DNA of 64,000 nucleotides from Candidatus Bathyarchaeia archaeon (lineage in GTDB: Bacteria; Patescibacteriota; Microgenomatia; PFEM01; JAFGMK01), in contig DATKWK010000039.1 in the NCBI GenBank assembly GCA_035529595.1, forward strand, positions 14,751 through 78,750. Direction: 5' to 3'. The translations under genes and the position numbers were made by a program. The notes beneath the pieces are model-generated. The model was not told the DNA's origin. It saw nothing but the letters and a program-made list of their open reading frames with translations, and searched no databases. This document shows positions 53,882 through 64,000 of this stretch, in pieces. Position 1 is the stretch's first letter, and every line of letters begins with the position of its first letter.

Positions 53882-54155
53882 AATTGTCAAAAAGGAGGGA
53901 AAATGCCATCTCTAACCGAATTATCAACTTCTCGAGGCCCCGTTCCGACCGGGGAGCGGGGTTTAGTTTGGCTATCCTGAAAGCCCCACCTCAAAAGAAC
54001 GATACTTAATTCTTCCTCAGGGAGGGAGAATAAAAGCAGCTGGGGTTTCATTTGGTGCCCTTCATGAAATAGTTGAATCTTATCTTTTCGAGCCATCAGT
54101 AGATTCAGCAGCGAGTGTTTACAGATCATTTCAAGACCTAAGAAAAAACCCGCCT

Positions 54156-55622
54156 TTGCCTATAAGGCGAGCCTTTTTTCCTTTATCGCGGGTGGAAGTT
54201 AAAGCGCTGACTCAAAGTTCTCCCGCCCTTTTGAGACCAATACTTAAGACTGATCAAGGTGCGGGAGGTAATTTTTTGGGCTTCGGAATAGAAGATGAGC
54301 AGGGACCAGCAACTCCGTTGGCATTTTATATAGCTGCTGAAAGCGGTCTTGCGGTAAAAGAAACTTTTTTCGACCAACAATTAAAGGAAAAGGGTATGCC
54401 GAAGCAGGTTTTAGAAGCTGCCAACGAAGTCGAGGATTTGTTTCGATTGAGGAAAGAAGATGAATGTTTCTTAGCCATGGAGCGTCTTTTCATTACTTGT
54501 GAAGAAAATGAAGTTCCTTTTAGCAGGACGGCTGGAGTTGGCAGATTGCCGTTTTTTTTCATTAGGCCAGCTGAAACCTCGACAGGACCGTTAAAACTAC
54601 CTCTATCTCTTGTTGAAGGGATAAGCAGAGAGGCGATTGCTAAAATTGAAGATATTGAACATGCCGCTAGGATTGCCGCGAATTCTATTAGAGAAGGTAC
54701 AGTTGATAGTCTTGAAGAAGCAATCAGTCTCGGGAGAAATTTATTCTCATACCCCCGAACGCTTAGGGGAGAACCTTTAACTCATGAAATTATTTATTGC
54801 CAGCCTGACGTGATTTTAAGAAGTGACGGCAGCTTTGAAATTGAAAGAGTTAATCTTCCTGATGTGGGCCTGTTTCTTACCCAAATAGAAGCGCAAGATC
54901 CTGTTTTTCTCCAAATTCAAGGAATTGCCGGCCAATTAGCGCGGGTAGTGACTAAAAAGATCGCTGCGGAAATAAGAAGAAACGATGTAAGAAGCGCCTG
55001 CATTTTAACCAGAGATAGTGTTTTGTCAAACGGCGAAGACACTTTGGAAATAAGAGAAATAGAGGCTCTAAAAAAACATTTACTTGGTATAGATATCGAG
55101 GTGAGGAGGCTTTCCGAGGCAGAAGAATTGCCAGAGAACACTTTTGTTTTATTACTAAATGTTAATCCTGGTGAACAGGGATTTAATAATTTATTAATAA
55201 GGTTTGCCAGGCAGGAGTTACAATGTTATCCAAACCCTTTCACTTTGCTTTTTAAAGACAGTGTTTCCACTTTGCCAAAAAGAAAACTGGTTCAGAGGGA
55301 AAGAGATATAATCAGAGCGATTGCTGATCCAACGCGAAACACGCCTGAAGACTACTTGCGTCAGCTTCTTGCTTTGGATGGTTTTCTAAATAAGCTTGGA
55401 TTTAGAGACGAGAATATTTTTTATGTTTATGGCAATAACAGAGAAAGACCAGCGGCTGCTTTTCGTTATGACCCGGTCGGATTTACTTTGGCTCTTAAGT
55501 CTTTTTCGGGACAGAGTGAAGTTTTTCTTGAAGGATTAAAATTCCTACCTGGTGATGCTGTTATAATGGGCGCGGACGGACCCCGGTTGGCGGCTTTTAG
55601 ATTTATGTGCGTTAAAAATTAA
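54156..55622 (+). CDS. large hypothetical protein (start uncertain; track start is TTG)
   Basis: Long uninterrupted ORF with no recognised catalytic motif; first in-frame ATG near aa 80. Confidence 0.4.
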   Translation: MPIRRAFFPLSRVEVKALTQSSPALLRPILKTDQGAGGNFLGFGIEDEQGPATPLAFYIAAESGLAVKETFFDQQLKEKGMPKQVLEAANEVEDLFRLRKEDECFLAMERLFITCEENEVPFSRTAGVGRLPFFFIRPAETSTGPLKLPLSLVEGISREAIAKIEDIEHAARIAANSIREGTVDSLEEAISLGRNLFSYPRTLRGEPLTHEIIYCQPDVILRSDGSFEIERVNLPDVGLFLTQIEAQDPVFLQIQGIAGQLARVVTKKIAAEIRRNDVRSACILTRDSVLSNGEDTLEIREIEALKKHLLGIDIEVRRLSEAEELPENTFVLLLNVNPGEQGFNNLLIRFARQELQCYPNPFTLLFKDSVSTLPKRKLVQRERDIIRAIADPTRNTPEDYLRQLLALDGFLNKLGFRDENIFYVYGNNRERPAAAFRYDPVGFTLALKSFSGQSEVFLEGLKFLPGDAVIMGADGPRLAAFRFMCVKN

Positions 55623-55633
55623 ACTTTTATATT

Positions 55634-56068
55634 ATGGCGATAATAAATTTTATTCCTGAGAAAAGCATTTTACCAACAGCTTTTAGGCTGGTTAAAAAAA
55701 GTAAGAAGACTCTTTATTTGACAATGATGATGAAAGAAGAGCTTAAAGCAATTTCGGATGAATATTTAGGTTTAATAAGAAGGAAAATTCAAGAGGGGGT
55801 GTTAATAGAGAGAATTGGTTTTGGCAGTCAGAAAGATTATGAAAAGGCGCTAGTGCAATTGGGATTAAGACCGTTTAAAAATTTTTACTTTAAATATTGC
55901 CCTGATTTAAGAAAAGCACAGCGGTTGCTAGTCTCAGATAAGAAAGAGATGATTTTTGCTGTTTATATGGACCAGGAAAAGAAACTTGTTTTTTATACGA
56001 AGTATAAACCACTGATTCGAGTTTTCTTAGCTTATTTTAAAGAGATTTTTATAGATAGTATATGTTAG
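55634..56068 (+). CDS. hypothetical protein
   Basis: ORF tightly spaced after the previous gene. Confidence 0.35.
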   Translation: MAIINFIPEKSILPTAFRLVKKSKKTLYLTMMMKEELKAISDEYLGLIRRKIQEGVLIERIGFGSQKDYEKALVQLGLRPFKNFYFKYCPDLRKAQRLLVSDKKEMIFAVYMDQEKKLVFYTKYKPLIRVFLAYFKEIFIDSIC

Positions 56069-56089
56069 TATACAAAGAAAGGAGAAAAA

Positions 56090-57088
56090 ATGAAAAATAA
56101 AAAAAGAATTTTAACCGGTGATCGGCCGACAGGTAGGCTTCATCTGGGGCATTATGTTGGGACGTTAGCCAATCGGGTCAGGCTTCAGGATGAATATGAA
56201 TGTTTTTTCATTATTGCCGATCTTCACATGTTGACCACCCGAACTGAAAAAGAGAAGATTGCCCAGGTTGGCGAAAATAGCCGCCAGTTAGTTTTAGACT
56301 ATCTTTCAGTTGGCATCGATCCGGGAAAAGCAGTCATTTACCGTCAATCAAGAGTGCCGGAAGTGGCTTATCTTTCTTTATTATTCTCGATGCTGGTCAG
56401 TGTCTCGCGTTGTCAACGGGTGCCAACTTTAAAGGACGTAATGCGGGATTTAAAGATTGAGAATCCGTCTTTAGGCCTTTTAACTTATCCGGTTCTGCAG
56501 GCCGCCGATATCTTGATGGTTAAAGCCAGTTTGGTACCGGTTGGTAAGGATCAGGAGAGCCATGTTGAGCTAACCCGGGAAATTGCCAAGCGCTTCAACC
56601 AGCTTTACGGCCAGGTTTTTCCGGTTCCCGAAGCTTTAATCGGCGAGGTACCGACTCTCCCGGGAACCGATGGTCAGGCAAAGATGAGCAAATCGATCGG
56701 TAATTGCATTTATCTTTCCGATAGCCCCAAGGAAGTAGAAAAAAAAGTTATGGGAATGTATACTGATCCGACTCGAATTCATCCGACGGACCCGGGCCAT
56801 GTTGAGGATAATCCGGTCTTTGTCTATCATCGGGCGTTTAACGATAATAAGAAAGAAGTTGAGGAACTGGAAAAAAGGTACCGGGAGGGGAAAGTCGGGG
56901 ATATCGAAGTAAAAAGAAAATTAGCCAATGCCCTAAATAAATTTTTATCACCAATCCGGGAAGGAAGGAAAAAATATGAATCTCAAAAAGGCTTGGTTGA
57001 AAAGATAATTGAAACCGGCAGCCAAAGAACCCAAACCGAAGCCCAGGAAACTTTAGAGGGAGTCAAAAGAGCAATGGGATTGACTTAG
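56090..57088 (+). CDS. trpS: tryptophanyl-tRNA synthetase
   Basis: HIGH-class motif 'TGRLHLGHY' and 'KMSKS'. Confidence 0.9.
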   Translation: MKNKKRILTGDRPTGRLHLGHYVGTLANRVRLQDEYECFFIIADLHMLTTRTEKEKIAQVGENSRQLVLDYLSVGIDPGKAVIYRQSRVPEVAYLSLLFSMLVSVSRCQRVPTLKDVMRDLKIENPSLGLLTYPVLQAADILMVKASLVPVGKDQESHVELTREIAKRFNQLYGQVFPVPEALIGEVPTLPGTDGQAKMSKSIGNCIYLSDSPKEVEKKVMGMYTDPTRIHPTDPGHVEDNPVFVYHRAFNDNKKEVEELEKRYREGKVGDIEVKRKLANALNKFLSPIREGRKKYESQKGLVEKIIETGSQRTQTEAQETLEGVKRAMGLT

Positions 57089-57111
57089 ATAAAAAATAAA
57101 AATCGAAATCA

Positions 57112-57387
57112 ATGAACGAACAAGTTAATTTATCACCACGCGCCGGCTGGAGTGATTGTAGCCCTCCGTCGCGAGCTATGGTACTGTTCCTTGATTTAAT
57201 TGCGAATTTGCCTAAAATTTTGTTCTTATTTTTTCTGATATTATGTTTTCGACTTAAACGGACGAAGAAAAATAAGATACCAAGAGTATTATTATACTTA
57301 ATAACGATTTTATTAGGTATTTTGAGTTTGTGGATTTTCTTTGAGTCAAAAACTTTTTGGAATCACATTGAAATCCGCTGTTTGTAG
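57112..57387 (+). CDS. small membrane hypothetical protein
   Basis: Two TM segments. Confidence 0.25.
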   Translation: MNEQVNLSPRAGWSDCSPPSRAMVLFLDLIANLPKILFLFFLILCFRLKRTKKNKIPRVLLYLITILLGILSLWIFFESKTFWNHIEIRCL

Positions 57388-57497
57388 TTTTATTTTATTG
57401 TTGCCGGAAACTTAAAAAAGACTATTATCAAGATCAATGAAAGGAAGCAATGGAACTAGCGGAATTTTAAGCAGACTAGTGGTAAATAAAGGGCAAT

Positions 57498-58088
57498 ATG
57501 GATGAAGCTGAGATTAGAGAAGCACTAACCGATCGAGAGAGGCAACAAGTTTTAGCTTGTTTTGAGCGAATTTTCACTCTGCCTATAGATAGGTTAGAAG
57601 AACCTTCGTCGGACTTCTCGCTGTTGGAAAAAGAAATGCTGGCGGTTCGGTCTCGAAAGAAAGGGGGTCAACTGGGATTAGTGCTTTTCAGAGAAAGTTT
57701 AGCCGAAAGAGGCATCCTTTCCCGCCATCCAAATGATTTGGAAAGAATGACCTATCAACGTCTTATAAAATCAGAACCGGAAGAAATGAGTTACGAAGAA
57801 ATGATTTGGATAAGAGAAGTATTATTTGGAGGATTAGCCGGAGGTAAATTTTCTCCTCTTTCTCTTTTACGACTGCTCGGGAGGCCAGGACCACAAAAGC
57901 CCAATGAAAAGGAAAGTCTTTTTAAAAGATTGCGATTCGGTAAGAGGGAGCCGTCAAGGGCAGTAACTATAAAAGTTCTTGAAGAGCTTCATTGGAAATT
58001 ACAGTGTCGGATTGGTACCTTTAGACGCCAACATGATCTTCCCCGTCTGGGGCCGGTTGAAGCCAAAGAAATTGTTTTTAGTAGTTAA
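57498..58088 (+). CDS. hypothetical protein
   Basis: ORF only. Confidence 0.35.
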   Translation: MDEAEIREALTDRERQQVLACFERIFTLPIDRLEEPSSDFSLLEKEMLAVRSRKKGGQLGLVLFRESLAERGILSRHPNDLERMTYQRLIKSEPEEMSYEEMIWIREVLFGGLAGGKFSPLSLLRLLGRPGPQKPNEKESLFKRLRFGKREPSRAVTIKVLEELHWKLQCRIGTFRRQHDLPRLGPVEAKEIVFSS

Positions 58089-58129
58089 ATACCCTTTCCG
58101 GCAGTTTACCTTTCATTGCCACTTTATTT

Positions 58130-60055
58130 ATGTTAGAATCTGGTATTATGCCTGGACAAATGATTCCTCGCCCTAATGGAAAAAAAGTCAAGAAATTTGA
58201 AGTCAAGATTCAGCTCAATTTCAAAAAGATTTTGATGTGGGTTTTTATTATTCTAATGGGGCTTTCTTTTCTTCTTTCTTTCGCCTCGGCTCCGATTGGT
58301 GAGGAAGTTCCTCTTTCAGCCTTAATTACGGATATTAAGCTTGATAAAGTTAAAAAAGTGATTGTCGAAGATGACAGGCTTTTGATTACCTACAAAGATG
58401 AAAAGTTCGCTTCTTCCCGGAAAGAAATCGGCCAGTCTTTTACTGAAATCCTAAAAGAAGCCCAAATTGACCCTTCGGATATAGAGGTAGTGATCAAAGA
58501 CACTTCCTTTTCCAAAATCTGGCTTGACATTTTAGGTACCTTTTTACCTCTGGTTCTGATGGGCTTTTTTTTCTTTTGGATTTTTAAGCAAGCAAGAGGC
58601 GCTCAGGAAGGTATTTTTTCCTTTGGCCGTTCCCGGGCTAAACTTTTTGCTAAAGGTAAGCAAGATATAGCTTTTAAAGACGTAGCTGGGGTGGCGGAGG
58701 CAAAGAAAGAACTCGAAGAGGTTGTTGACTTCCTGAAACATCCGGCCAAATACCGAGCTTTAGGAGCCAGAACCCCAAAGGGAGTAATTCTTGTCGGTCC
58801 TTCAGGAACAGGTAAAACTTTGTTAGCCAAAGCCGTCGCCGGCGAAGCAAATGTTCCCTTCTTCTCTATGGCCGGCTCGGAGTTTATGGAAATGTTAGTT
58901 GGAGTTGGTGCCAGTCGAGTAAGAGATTTATTCGAAACGGCTAAAAAGACAGCCCCATCAATTATATTTATTGACGAGATTGACGCCATCGGTCGTCAGC
59001 GAGGTACGAGTTTTACCGGAGGGCATGACGAAAGAGAACAGACTTTAAATCAGATTCTAGTAGAGATGGACGGTTTTACTCCTAATGACAATGTTATTGT
59101 ACTTGCGGCTACTAATCGGGGAGACCTTTTGGACCCGGCTCTTCTCCGACCGGGCCGCTTTGACCGCCGGGTCGTTTTAGATATGCCCGATATCGAAGAC
59201 CGGAAGGCGATTTTAGCGATTCATGCTCGGGGGAAACCGTTTACCAAAGAAGTCGACTGGGATAAAATCTCCAAGCGGACAGTGGGATTTTCAGGCGCGG
59301 ACCTTGAGAATATGTTAAATGAAGCAGCAATCTTAACGGCTCGGGAAAATAAAAAAGAGATTGAGATGAATGACATTGAGGAAGCAGCTTTAAAAGTGAA
59401 GCTGGGACCGGAAAAGAAGAGGTTGCAAACCGATGAAGAACGAAAGATGACTGCTTATCATGAGGCCGGCCACGCTGTCGTCACTTTCGTTTTGCCTCAC
59501 ATGGATCCGGTTCACCGGATCAGCATCGTTTCCCGGGGCGCAGCTATGGGTTTTACTATGATACCTCCGAGAAAAGACCGCTATAATGAAACGCAATCCC
59601 ATTTGTTGGAAATGGTTACTTCATTGCTCGGAGGTCGGGCGGTTGAGAAAGTGGTTTTTAATGAGCATACCGCTGGGGCGGCTTCTGATATTGATCAAGC
59701 GACAAGGATTGCCAGGACCATGGTAGTTGATTTAGGAATGAGCAACTTGGGGCCTGTTTATTTTGGGCCGCAGCTTGAAACGGCCGAATGGGGACGGACT
59801 TGGATTGAACCAACCCAATTGTCACCGGGAACGCAAGCTAAGGTTGATCGAGAAATCAGGAAGATTATAGAAGCAAGTTATCAGCAGGCGATTGAGATTA
59901 TTCAAAAAAGTCGGCAAAAGATAGACCGGGTAGCCGAAGAACTGTTAAAGAAAGAGACTTTGGAGGGGGAAGAGTTTGAAAAATTGATGAAGGAAGAAAC
60001 GGCAGGAAAGAAAAAAATCGGTAAAAAAAGGCAGATCGGTCTTGAGAAGAAATAA
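58130..60055 (+). CDS. ftsH: ATP-dependent zinc metalloprotease FtsH
   Basis: Walker A 'GPSGTGKT', Walker B 'IIFIDEIDA', SRH region and zinc motif 'HEAGHAV'. Confidence 0.9.
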   Translation: MLESGIMPGQMIPRPNGKKVKKFEVKIQLNFKKILMWVFIILMGLSFLLSFASAPIGEEVPLSALITDIKLDKVKKVIVEDDRLLITYKDEKFASSRKEIGQSFTEILKEAQIDPSDIEVVIKDTSFSKIWLDILGTFLPLVLMGFFFFWIFKQARGAQEGIFSFGRSRAKLFAKGKQDIAFKDVAGVAEAKKELEEVVDFLKHPAKYRALGARTPKGVILVGPSGTGKTLLAKAVAGEANVPFFSMAGSEFMEMLVGVGASRVRDLFETAKKTAPSIIFIDEIDAIGRQRGTSFTGGHDEREQTLNQILVEMDGFTPNDNVIVLAATNRGDLLDPALLRPGRFDRRVVLDMPDIEDRKAILAIHARGKPFTKEVDWDKISKRTVGFSGADLENMLNEAAILTARENKKEIEMNDIEEAALKVKLGPEKKRLQTDEERKMTAYHEAGHAVVTFVLPHMDPVHRISIVSRGAAMGFTMIPPRKDRYNETQSHLLEMVTSLLGGRAVEKVVFNEHTAGAASDIDQATRIARTMVVDLGMSNLGPVYFGPQLETAEWGRTWIEPTQLSPGTQAKVDREIRKIIEASYQQAIEIIQKSRQKIDRVAEELLKKETLEGEEFEKLMKEETAGKKKIGKKRQIGLEKK

Positions 60056-60118
60056 AGAAGCTCCTTTTATTTCTTTGTCGACTGTTAAAGTTTTCAAACA
60101 AGAGTTAATTTATTTTTA

Positions 60119-61048
60119 ATGAATAAATTAGTCTTAATTGATGGTCACGCAATTCTTCATCGGGCCTATCATGCACTTCCTAAGACCCTGACTAACCGGC
60201 ACGGACAACTGGTTAATGCAGTATACGGTTTTACGCGGATGTTGCTTAAAGTGATCGACGATCTTCGGCCGCGGTATCTGGCAGTTGTTTTTGACCGGCC
60301 GGAACCAAACTTCCGGCACCGAATTTATCTTGGTTATCAGGCTCAGCGTCCCAAAATGGACCGGGAACTTGAGGGTCAAATCCAAATTGTTAAGCAGGTC
60401 CTGCAGGCATTTAATGTTCCCACCTTTGAAAAAATCGGTTTTGAAGCGGACGATCTTATCGGTACATTAGCTTTTCAAGCCAAGACCCGATCAGACCATA
60501 AAATCCAAATAATTATTGTTACCGGAGATCGAGATATTTTTCAGTTGATTGACGAGCTCACTTTAGTCTATTCACCGCAAAAGGGATTTTCTCAATCCGA
60601 GTTTTTTGATAGGAAGAAAACCAAGGCAAAAATGGGTGTTTGGCCTGAACAGATTATTGACTATAAGGCTTTAGTCGGAGATGCTTCCGATAATTATCCG
60701 GGTATACCCGGGGTCGGACCTAAAACAGCAGTAAGTTTACTTCAACAATTTAAGTCGCTTTCTAAAATCTATGAAAACTTAGATAAGATTAAAGACTCAG
60801 TCAGAAATAAATTAATCGAGGGAAAAGATTCGGCTTTACTTTCCCAAAAACTAGCTACAATCGAAACACACGCATCAATCAAACTTAAACTTAAGAACTG
60901 TCTTTTGGCTGATTATAATCAAGAGAAGGTTTTAGACTTATTTAGGCAACTGGGTTTTAAGAGTCTAATGGATAAATTGCCGGGAGCAAGAGATGAACAA
61001 AATAAAGAAAAAAGACAGCAGGCAGGAGAGCAAATAAGGTTGGTTTAG
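60119..61048 (+). CDS. standalone 5'-3' exonuclease (Pol I N-terminal domain/FEN family)
   Basis: 'LVLIDGHAILHRAYHA' and 'IIVTGDRDIFQL'. Length is 309 aa with no polymerase domain. Confidence 0.8.
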   Translation: MNKLVLIDGHAILHRAYHALPKTLTNRHGQLVNAVYGFTRMLLKVIDDLRPRYLAVVFDRPEPNFRHRIYLGYQAQRPKMDRELEGQIQIVKQVLQAFNVPTFEKIGFEADDLIGTLAFQAKTRSDHKIQIIIVTGDRDIFQLIDELTLVYSPQKGFSQSEFFDRKKTKAKMGVWPEQIIDYKALVGDASDNYPGIPGVGPKTAVSLLQQFKSLSKIYENLDKIKDSVRNKLIEGKDSALLSQKLATIETHASIKLKLKNCLLADYNQEKVLDLFRQLGFKSLMDKLPGARDEQNKEKRQQAGEQIRLV

Positions 61049-61092
61049 CAATTAGGAAATAATTTCTATTTTCTCAATTCTAAATATTATTC

Positions 61093-62199
61093 ATGAAAGT
61101 AGCCTTAGTTCATGATTATCTGAAGGAATACGGCGGCGCGGAAAGAGTGCTTCAGGCACTACACGAAATGTGGCCGGAAGCACCAATTTATACCGCTTTT
61201 TGCCTAAAAAATTCTTCAGCCGGTCGGGCTTTTGCCGATGCCAAGATAATCGAATCAAAATTTGCCCCTTTGATTAAATACGGCAATCTTTATAGCCCTT
61301 TACGTTTTTTGACTCCCAAGATTTGGAAAAGTTTTGACCTCTCAAGTTTCGATTTAGTCGTTGTTTCGGCTTCCTGGTATATCACTCGAGGTTTTTGTGT
61401 CGGGCCAAAAACTAAGGTAGTTTGTTATTGCCACACTCCACCGCGCTACCTGTACGGTTATCCCACTTCAGTTGAGTGGCAAAAATATTGGCCAGTAAGG
61501 GTGTACGGACAGATAATTGCCCACTTTTTAAGGCTTTATGATTACCAGACGGCTCAAGAAGTCGATAAGTTTATCGCCAATTCCGGAAATGTAGCCCGGC
61601 GAATCAAAAAATTTTATCGCCGGGATTCAACGATAATTTATCCGCCGGTTGAGGTAGAAAGAATCATTAAGGCAACTAGGAATTTACAGCCTAAAGATTA
61701 TTATCTGATTGTCTCACGAGTAGTGGGGGCCAAAGGAATAGAATTGGCAGTAAAAGCAGCCAGGATTGCTGAAGTGCCGCTTAAGATAATCGGCGAGCCA
61801 GCCGGTCTGCATTGGTTTGGCAAGAAATTGCGTAGTCTCAAAGGAAAGGGGATAGAACTGCTCGGTCGCCTTTCAGATCAAGATCTCTACCGGTATTATG
61901 GTCAATGCAAAGCCTTTTTAGCTTTAGCCGCCGATGAGGATTTCGGTATGACACCGGTTGAAGCGATGGCTGCCAGTCGGCCGGTAATTGCTTTTCGGGG
62001 AGGGGGATACCTGGAGACAGTGATCGAAGGTAAAACCGGTGAATTTTTCGATAGGCCAACAGTCGAATCATTGGTGGTAGTACTGCAGAGATTCAAAGCT
62101 TTAAAGTATAAATCAGTAGATTGTCAAAACCAAGCGATGAAATTTAGTAAAGAGAGATTTAAGAGCGAAATTGAAAAGGCGATCGAAAGTTTGATTTAA
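61093..62199 (+). CDS. glycosyltransferase family 4 (GT-B)
   Basis: C-terminal 'EDFGMTPVEAMAASRPVIA' EX7E motif. Confidence 0.75.
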   Translation: MKVALVHDYLKEYGGAERVLQALHEMWPEAPIYTAFCLKNSSAGRAFADAKIIESKFAPLIKYGNLYSPLRFLTPKIWKSFDLSSFDLVVVSASWYITRGFCVGPKTKVVCYCHTPPRYLYGYPTSVEWQKYWPVRVYGQIIAHFLRLYDYQTAQEVDKFIANSGNVARRIKKFYRRDSTIIYPPVEVERIIKATRNLQPKDYYLIVSRVVGAKGIELAVKAARIAEVPLKIIGEPAGLHWFGKKLRSLKGKGIELLGRLSDQDLYRYYGQCKAFLALAADEDFGMTPVEAMAASRPVIAFRGGGYLETVIEGKTGEFFDRPTVESLVVVLQRFKALKYKSVDCQNQAMKFSKERFKSEIEKAIESLI

Positions 62200-62233
62200 C
62201 AGTTATGGGCTGACGGATACGGACAATACAATT

Positions 62234-63385
62234 CTAAGAATAACTTTTGGATATTTGCCGGTAAAATCTGACTATCTTCCTGGCGCTCTCTAAATAAGAG
62301 AATTTCTGTACTGCTTTGAGAGCATTTGAGCTTAGGTTTTTTCTCAATTCTGTGTCTGTAATTATTTTTAGCACCTCGTTGGCAAAAAGTTCTGTCTTAT
62401 TTGGAACCAAAATACCATTGTAACCATTTTTAATAATAAATTTTTTATCAGGTGAATCGATTGCAATAATAGGTAAACCGGCAGCTGAAGCTTCAACTAA
62501 AATTTGAGGCTGTACGTCCGTGATGCAGGTATAAACAAAAATGTCGGCCATCTGGAAATAATTAGGCATTTCTTGATAAGGCATCTCGCCGGTAAAAATA
62601 ATTTTGTCTTCTAGTTTGAGTTTATAAACTGATTTTTCAAGATCTTTTTTAGCCGGTCCATCGCCAACGATGAAGAGAATAACCCGACTATTTCTCATTT
62701 GAATCAGTTTAAATGCTTTGATTAAGAATTCAATGTTTTTTTCTTTGGCAACTCGGCCGGCAGTTAAAAGAATTATTTGATTTTCACTTATACTAAATTT
62801 TTTTCTGTCTATTTTAGTTTTGCCTCTAAATTTTGCGATATCAATTCCGGACGGAATTATTTCGAAATTGCTTTTTAGGTTTTTGAAATAGCTTCTTTTT
62901 ATCTCCTTAGTTGGGATGATTATTCCGTTACAGCGAGAGACAAAGTCCTGTAAATACTTATTGACTGTTCTAAGAGTGATTTCTTCAGGAAGAAACGGCA
63001 GATAACTGAGGGTGTAGCGGTCATACTGGGTATGAAAAGTAAAGATTAAGGGAATGTTAAACCTTTTAGCGTAAAAGTGAGCGCTTTCACCTACATAAAA
63101 GGGATGCTGAGTATGAATAATATCGAAGTTTGCCTCTTTGATCATTTTAAAGATCTTTGGAGAAAAGGTAATCGGTAAAGGTAGAAAAACTCCTTTAGCT
63201 CTAATGTTTATGGACGGGAAATTGACTATTTTACAATCGGAAGGGTATAGATAATTCCTAGCTTTAGGGGCAAAAACATAAACGTCATGACCAAGTTGTG
63301 TTAGGCCCCGCCGAAGATTTTCCATTGCGGTAACAACACCGTTGACGGTGGGAAAATAGAAATGAGAAAAAAGAGCAATCCTCAT
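62234..63385 (-). CDS. glycosyltransferase family 4 (GT-B)
   Basis: 'GRVAKEKNIEFLIKAF' and 'VEASAAGLPIIA'. Confidence 0.75.
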   Translation of the reverse strand: MRIALFSHFYFPTVNGVVTAMENLRRGLTQLGHDVYVFAPKARNYLYPSDCKIVNFPSINIRAKGVFLPLPITFSPKIFKMIKEANFDIIHTQHPFYVGESAHFYAKRFNIPLIFTFHTQYDRYTLSYLPFLPEEITLRTVNKYLQDFVSRCNGIIIPTKEIKRSYFKNLKSNFEIIPSGIDIAKFRGKTKIDRKKFSISENQIILLTAGRVAKEKNIEFLIKAFKLIQMRNSRVILFIVGDGPAKKDLEKSVYKLKLEDKIIFTGEMPYQEMPNYFQMADIFVYTCITDVQPQILVEASAAGLPIIAIDSPDKKFIIKNGYNGILVPNKTELFANEVLKIITDTELRKNLSSNALKAVQKFSYLESARKIVRFYRQISKSYS

Positions 63386-63436
63386 GGATTGGGTTAATGA
63401 TAGCTGGTATAATCAAATCAGTCAAAGGAAGAAACT

Positions 63437-64000
63437 ATGCCCGAACTCCCCGAAGTAGAAACCATTAGATTACAGTTAAATCAAGTCCTTAAGGGCTTGA
63501 AGATTGTAGGAGTTGAAGTTCTGAGTTCGAAAAACTTTATCGGATCGGTAAATGATATCGTTGGCGAAAAAATATCAAGCGTTGAAAGAAGAGCTAAAAT
63601 CATTCTTATTAAGTTGAGTCATAATAGATGCCTAGCTATTCATTTAAAAATGACCGGCCAGTTGATCTTTAGAGATATGGGACTAAAAGAAGATGCGATT
63701 GGAGATCAAAACAACGGACCATTTGCAGTAAGGGAGATGCCGAATAAATATACCAGGGTGATTGTGGAGTTTACCAGTGGGGCTAAGCTTTATTTTAACG
63801 ATTTAAGGAAGTTCGGCTGGATGAAGGTAATTGGGATCAGGGATGGGAAGTCAGGAATTAAGGATAAATACGCCAATCTTTCCGAACTGGCTAATTTAGG
63901 ACCGGAAGCAATCGATGAAAAAACCTTTAGTCTGGAATATTTGAAAAAAATCTTTAGCAAAACCAAAAAGGCAATTAAGTTAATTTTACTTGATCAGGGA
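63437..64000 (+). CDS. fpg: formamidopyrimidine-DNA glycosylase (Fpg/Nei family), 3'-truncated by the window edge
   Basis: N-terminal catalytic 'MPELPEVE'. Confidence 0.8.
   Translation, partial: MPELPEVETIRLQLNQVLKGLKIVGVEVLSSKNFIGSVNDIVGEKISSVERRAKIILIKLSHNRCLAIHLKMTGQLIFRDMGLKEDAIGDQNNGPFAVREMPNKYTRVIVEFTSGAKLYFNDLRKFGWMKVIGIRDGKSGIKDKYANLSELANLGPEAIDEKTFSLEYLKKIFSKTKKAIKLILLDQG

Noticed and set aside
53930-54110. Candidate SRP (4.5S) RNA or tmRNA
   Set aside because: The hallmark motifs are absent: no GGAA/AGCAG domain-IV tetraloop arrangement for SRP RNA, and no tRNA-like 3' end with GGUUCGA…CCA for tmRNA.
53887-54129. 80-aa minus-strand ORF in the gnd/kinase–54156 intergenic region
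   Set aside because: No RBS and an odd composition. It overlaps the terminator-like hairpins and is more likely non-coding. The region is reported instead as a possible sRNA/leader interval.
58544-58989. Minus-strand ORFs inside ftsH
   Set aside because: They are antisense to a CDS with complete AAA+ and HEXXH motifs.
61838-62096. Minus-strand ORFs 61838..62071 and 61902..62096
   Set aside because: They are antisense within the GT4 glycosyltransferase gene.

Overview
This window is a gene-dense, low-GC (~40%) bacterial chromosome segment with short intergenic spacers and many overlapping start/stop codons. The gene content is consistent with a small-genome, fermentative, cell-wall-building bacterium in the style of Patescibacteria/CPR: split transketolase, archaeal-type TIM, a two-subunit 2-oxoacid:ferredoxin oxidoreductase, iscRSU, class III (anaerobic) RNR and two PBP1A paralogs. 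This lineage assignment is an inference from content and cannot be verified here. Core content: (i) two NUDIX hydrolases, an alpha/beta hydrolase, a DEAD-box helicase, cytidine deaminase, a CsaA-like tRNA-binding protein, GreA-like factor and a CheY-like receiver; (ii) iscR–iscS–iscU; (iii) korA/korB; (iv) a central-carbon supercluster tpiA(archaeal type)–LOG-like–rpiB–pgk–gap–rpe–tktN–tktC–[1.5 kb insert]–eamA-like–fba(class II)–pfkB; (v) two tandem class A PBPs (PBP1A-type), both on the minus strand, followed on the plus strand by a CPBP/CAAX-type protease; (vi) an anaerobic ribonucleotide reductase locus with two tandem NrdD paralogs, a glutaredoxin-like redoxin, an internally duplicated deoxyribosyltransferase-like protein and NrdG; (vii) a VirD4/TraG-like P-loop ATPase; (viii) a tRNA/tyrosine-recombinase hotspot (tRNA-Ile(UAU), XerC/D-like recombinase, two CAU tRNAs, a duplicated tRNA 3' end); (ix) gnd plus an FGGY-like kinase, trpS, ftsH, a standalone 5'-3' exonuclease, two GT4 glycosyltransferases and the start of fpg. 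The most unusual structural observation is a ~1.5 kb two-gene cassette of unknown function inserted into the 3' end of the transketolase C-subunit gene. It supplies a surrogate tkt C-terminus and leaves the displaced, more canonical tkt 3' end as an in-frame remnant immediately downstream; this is a hallmark of site-specific or homology-mediated integration. No CRISPR array was seen. Apart from the tRNA(CAT)-distal terminal repeat at 50707-50722 (recorded as a repeat), the only mobile-element signatures are the tkt-3' insertion scar (tktC 3'-end repeat pair at 27666-27782 / 29190-29305 with the displaced tkt 3' remnant 29171-29305) and the XerC/D-like tyrosine recombinase (47997-48866) abutting tRNA-Ile. 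All functional calls are from motif recognition in the supplied translations, and no database search was possible.
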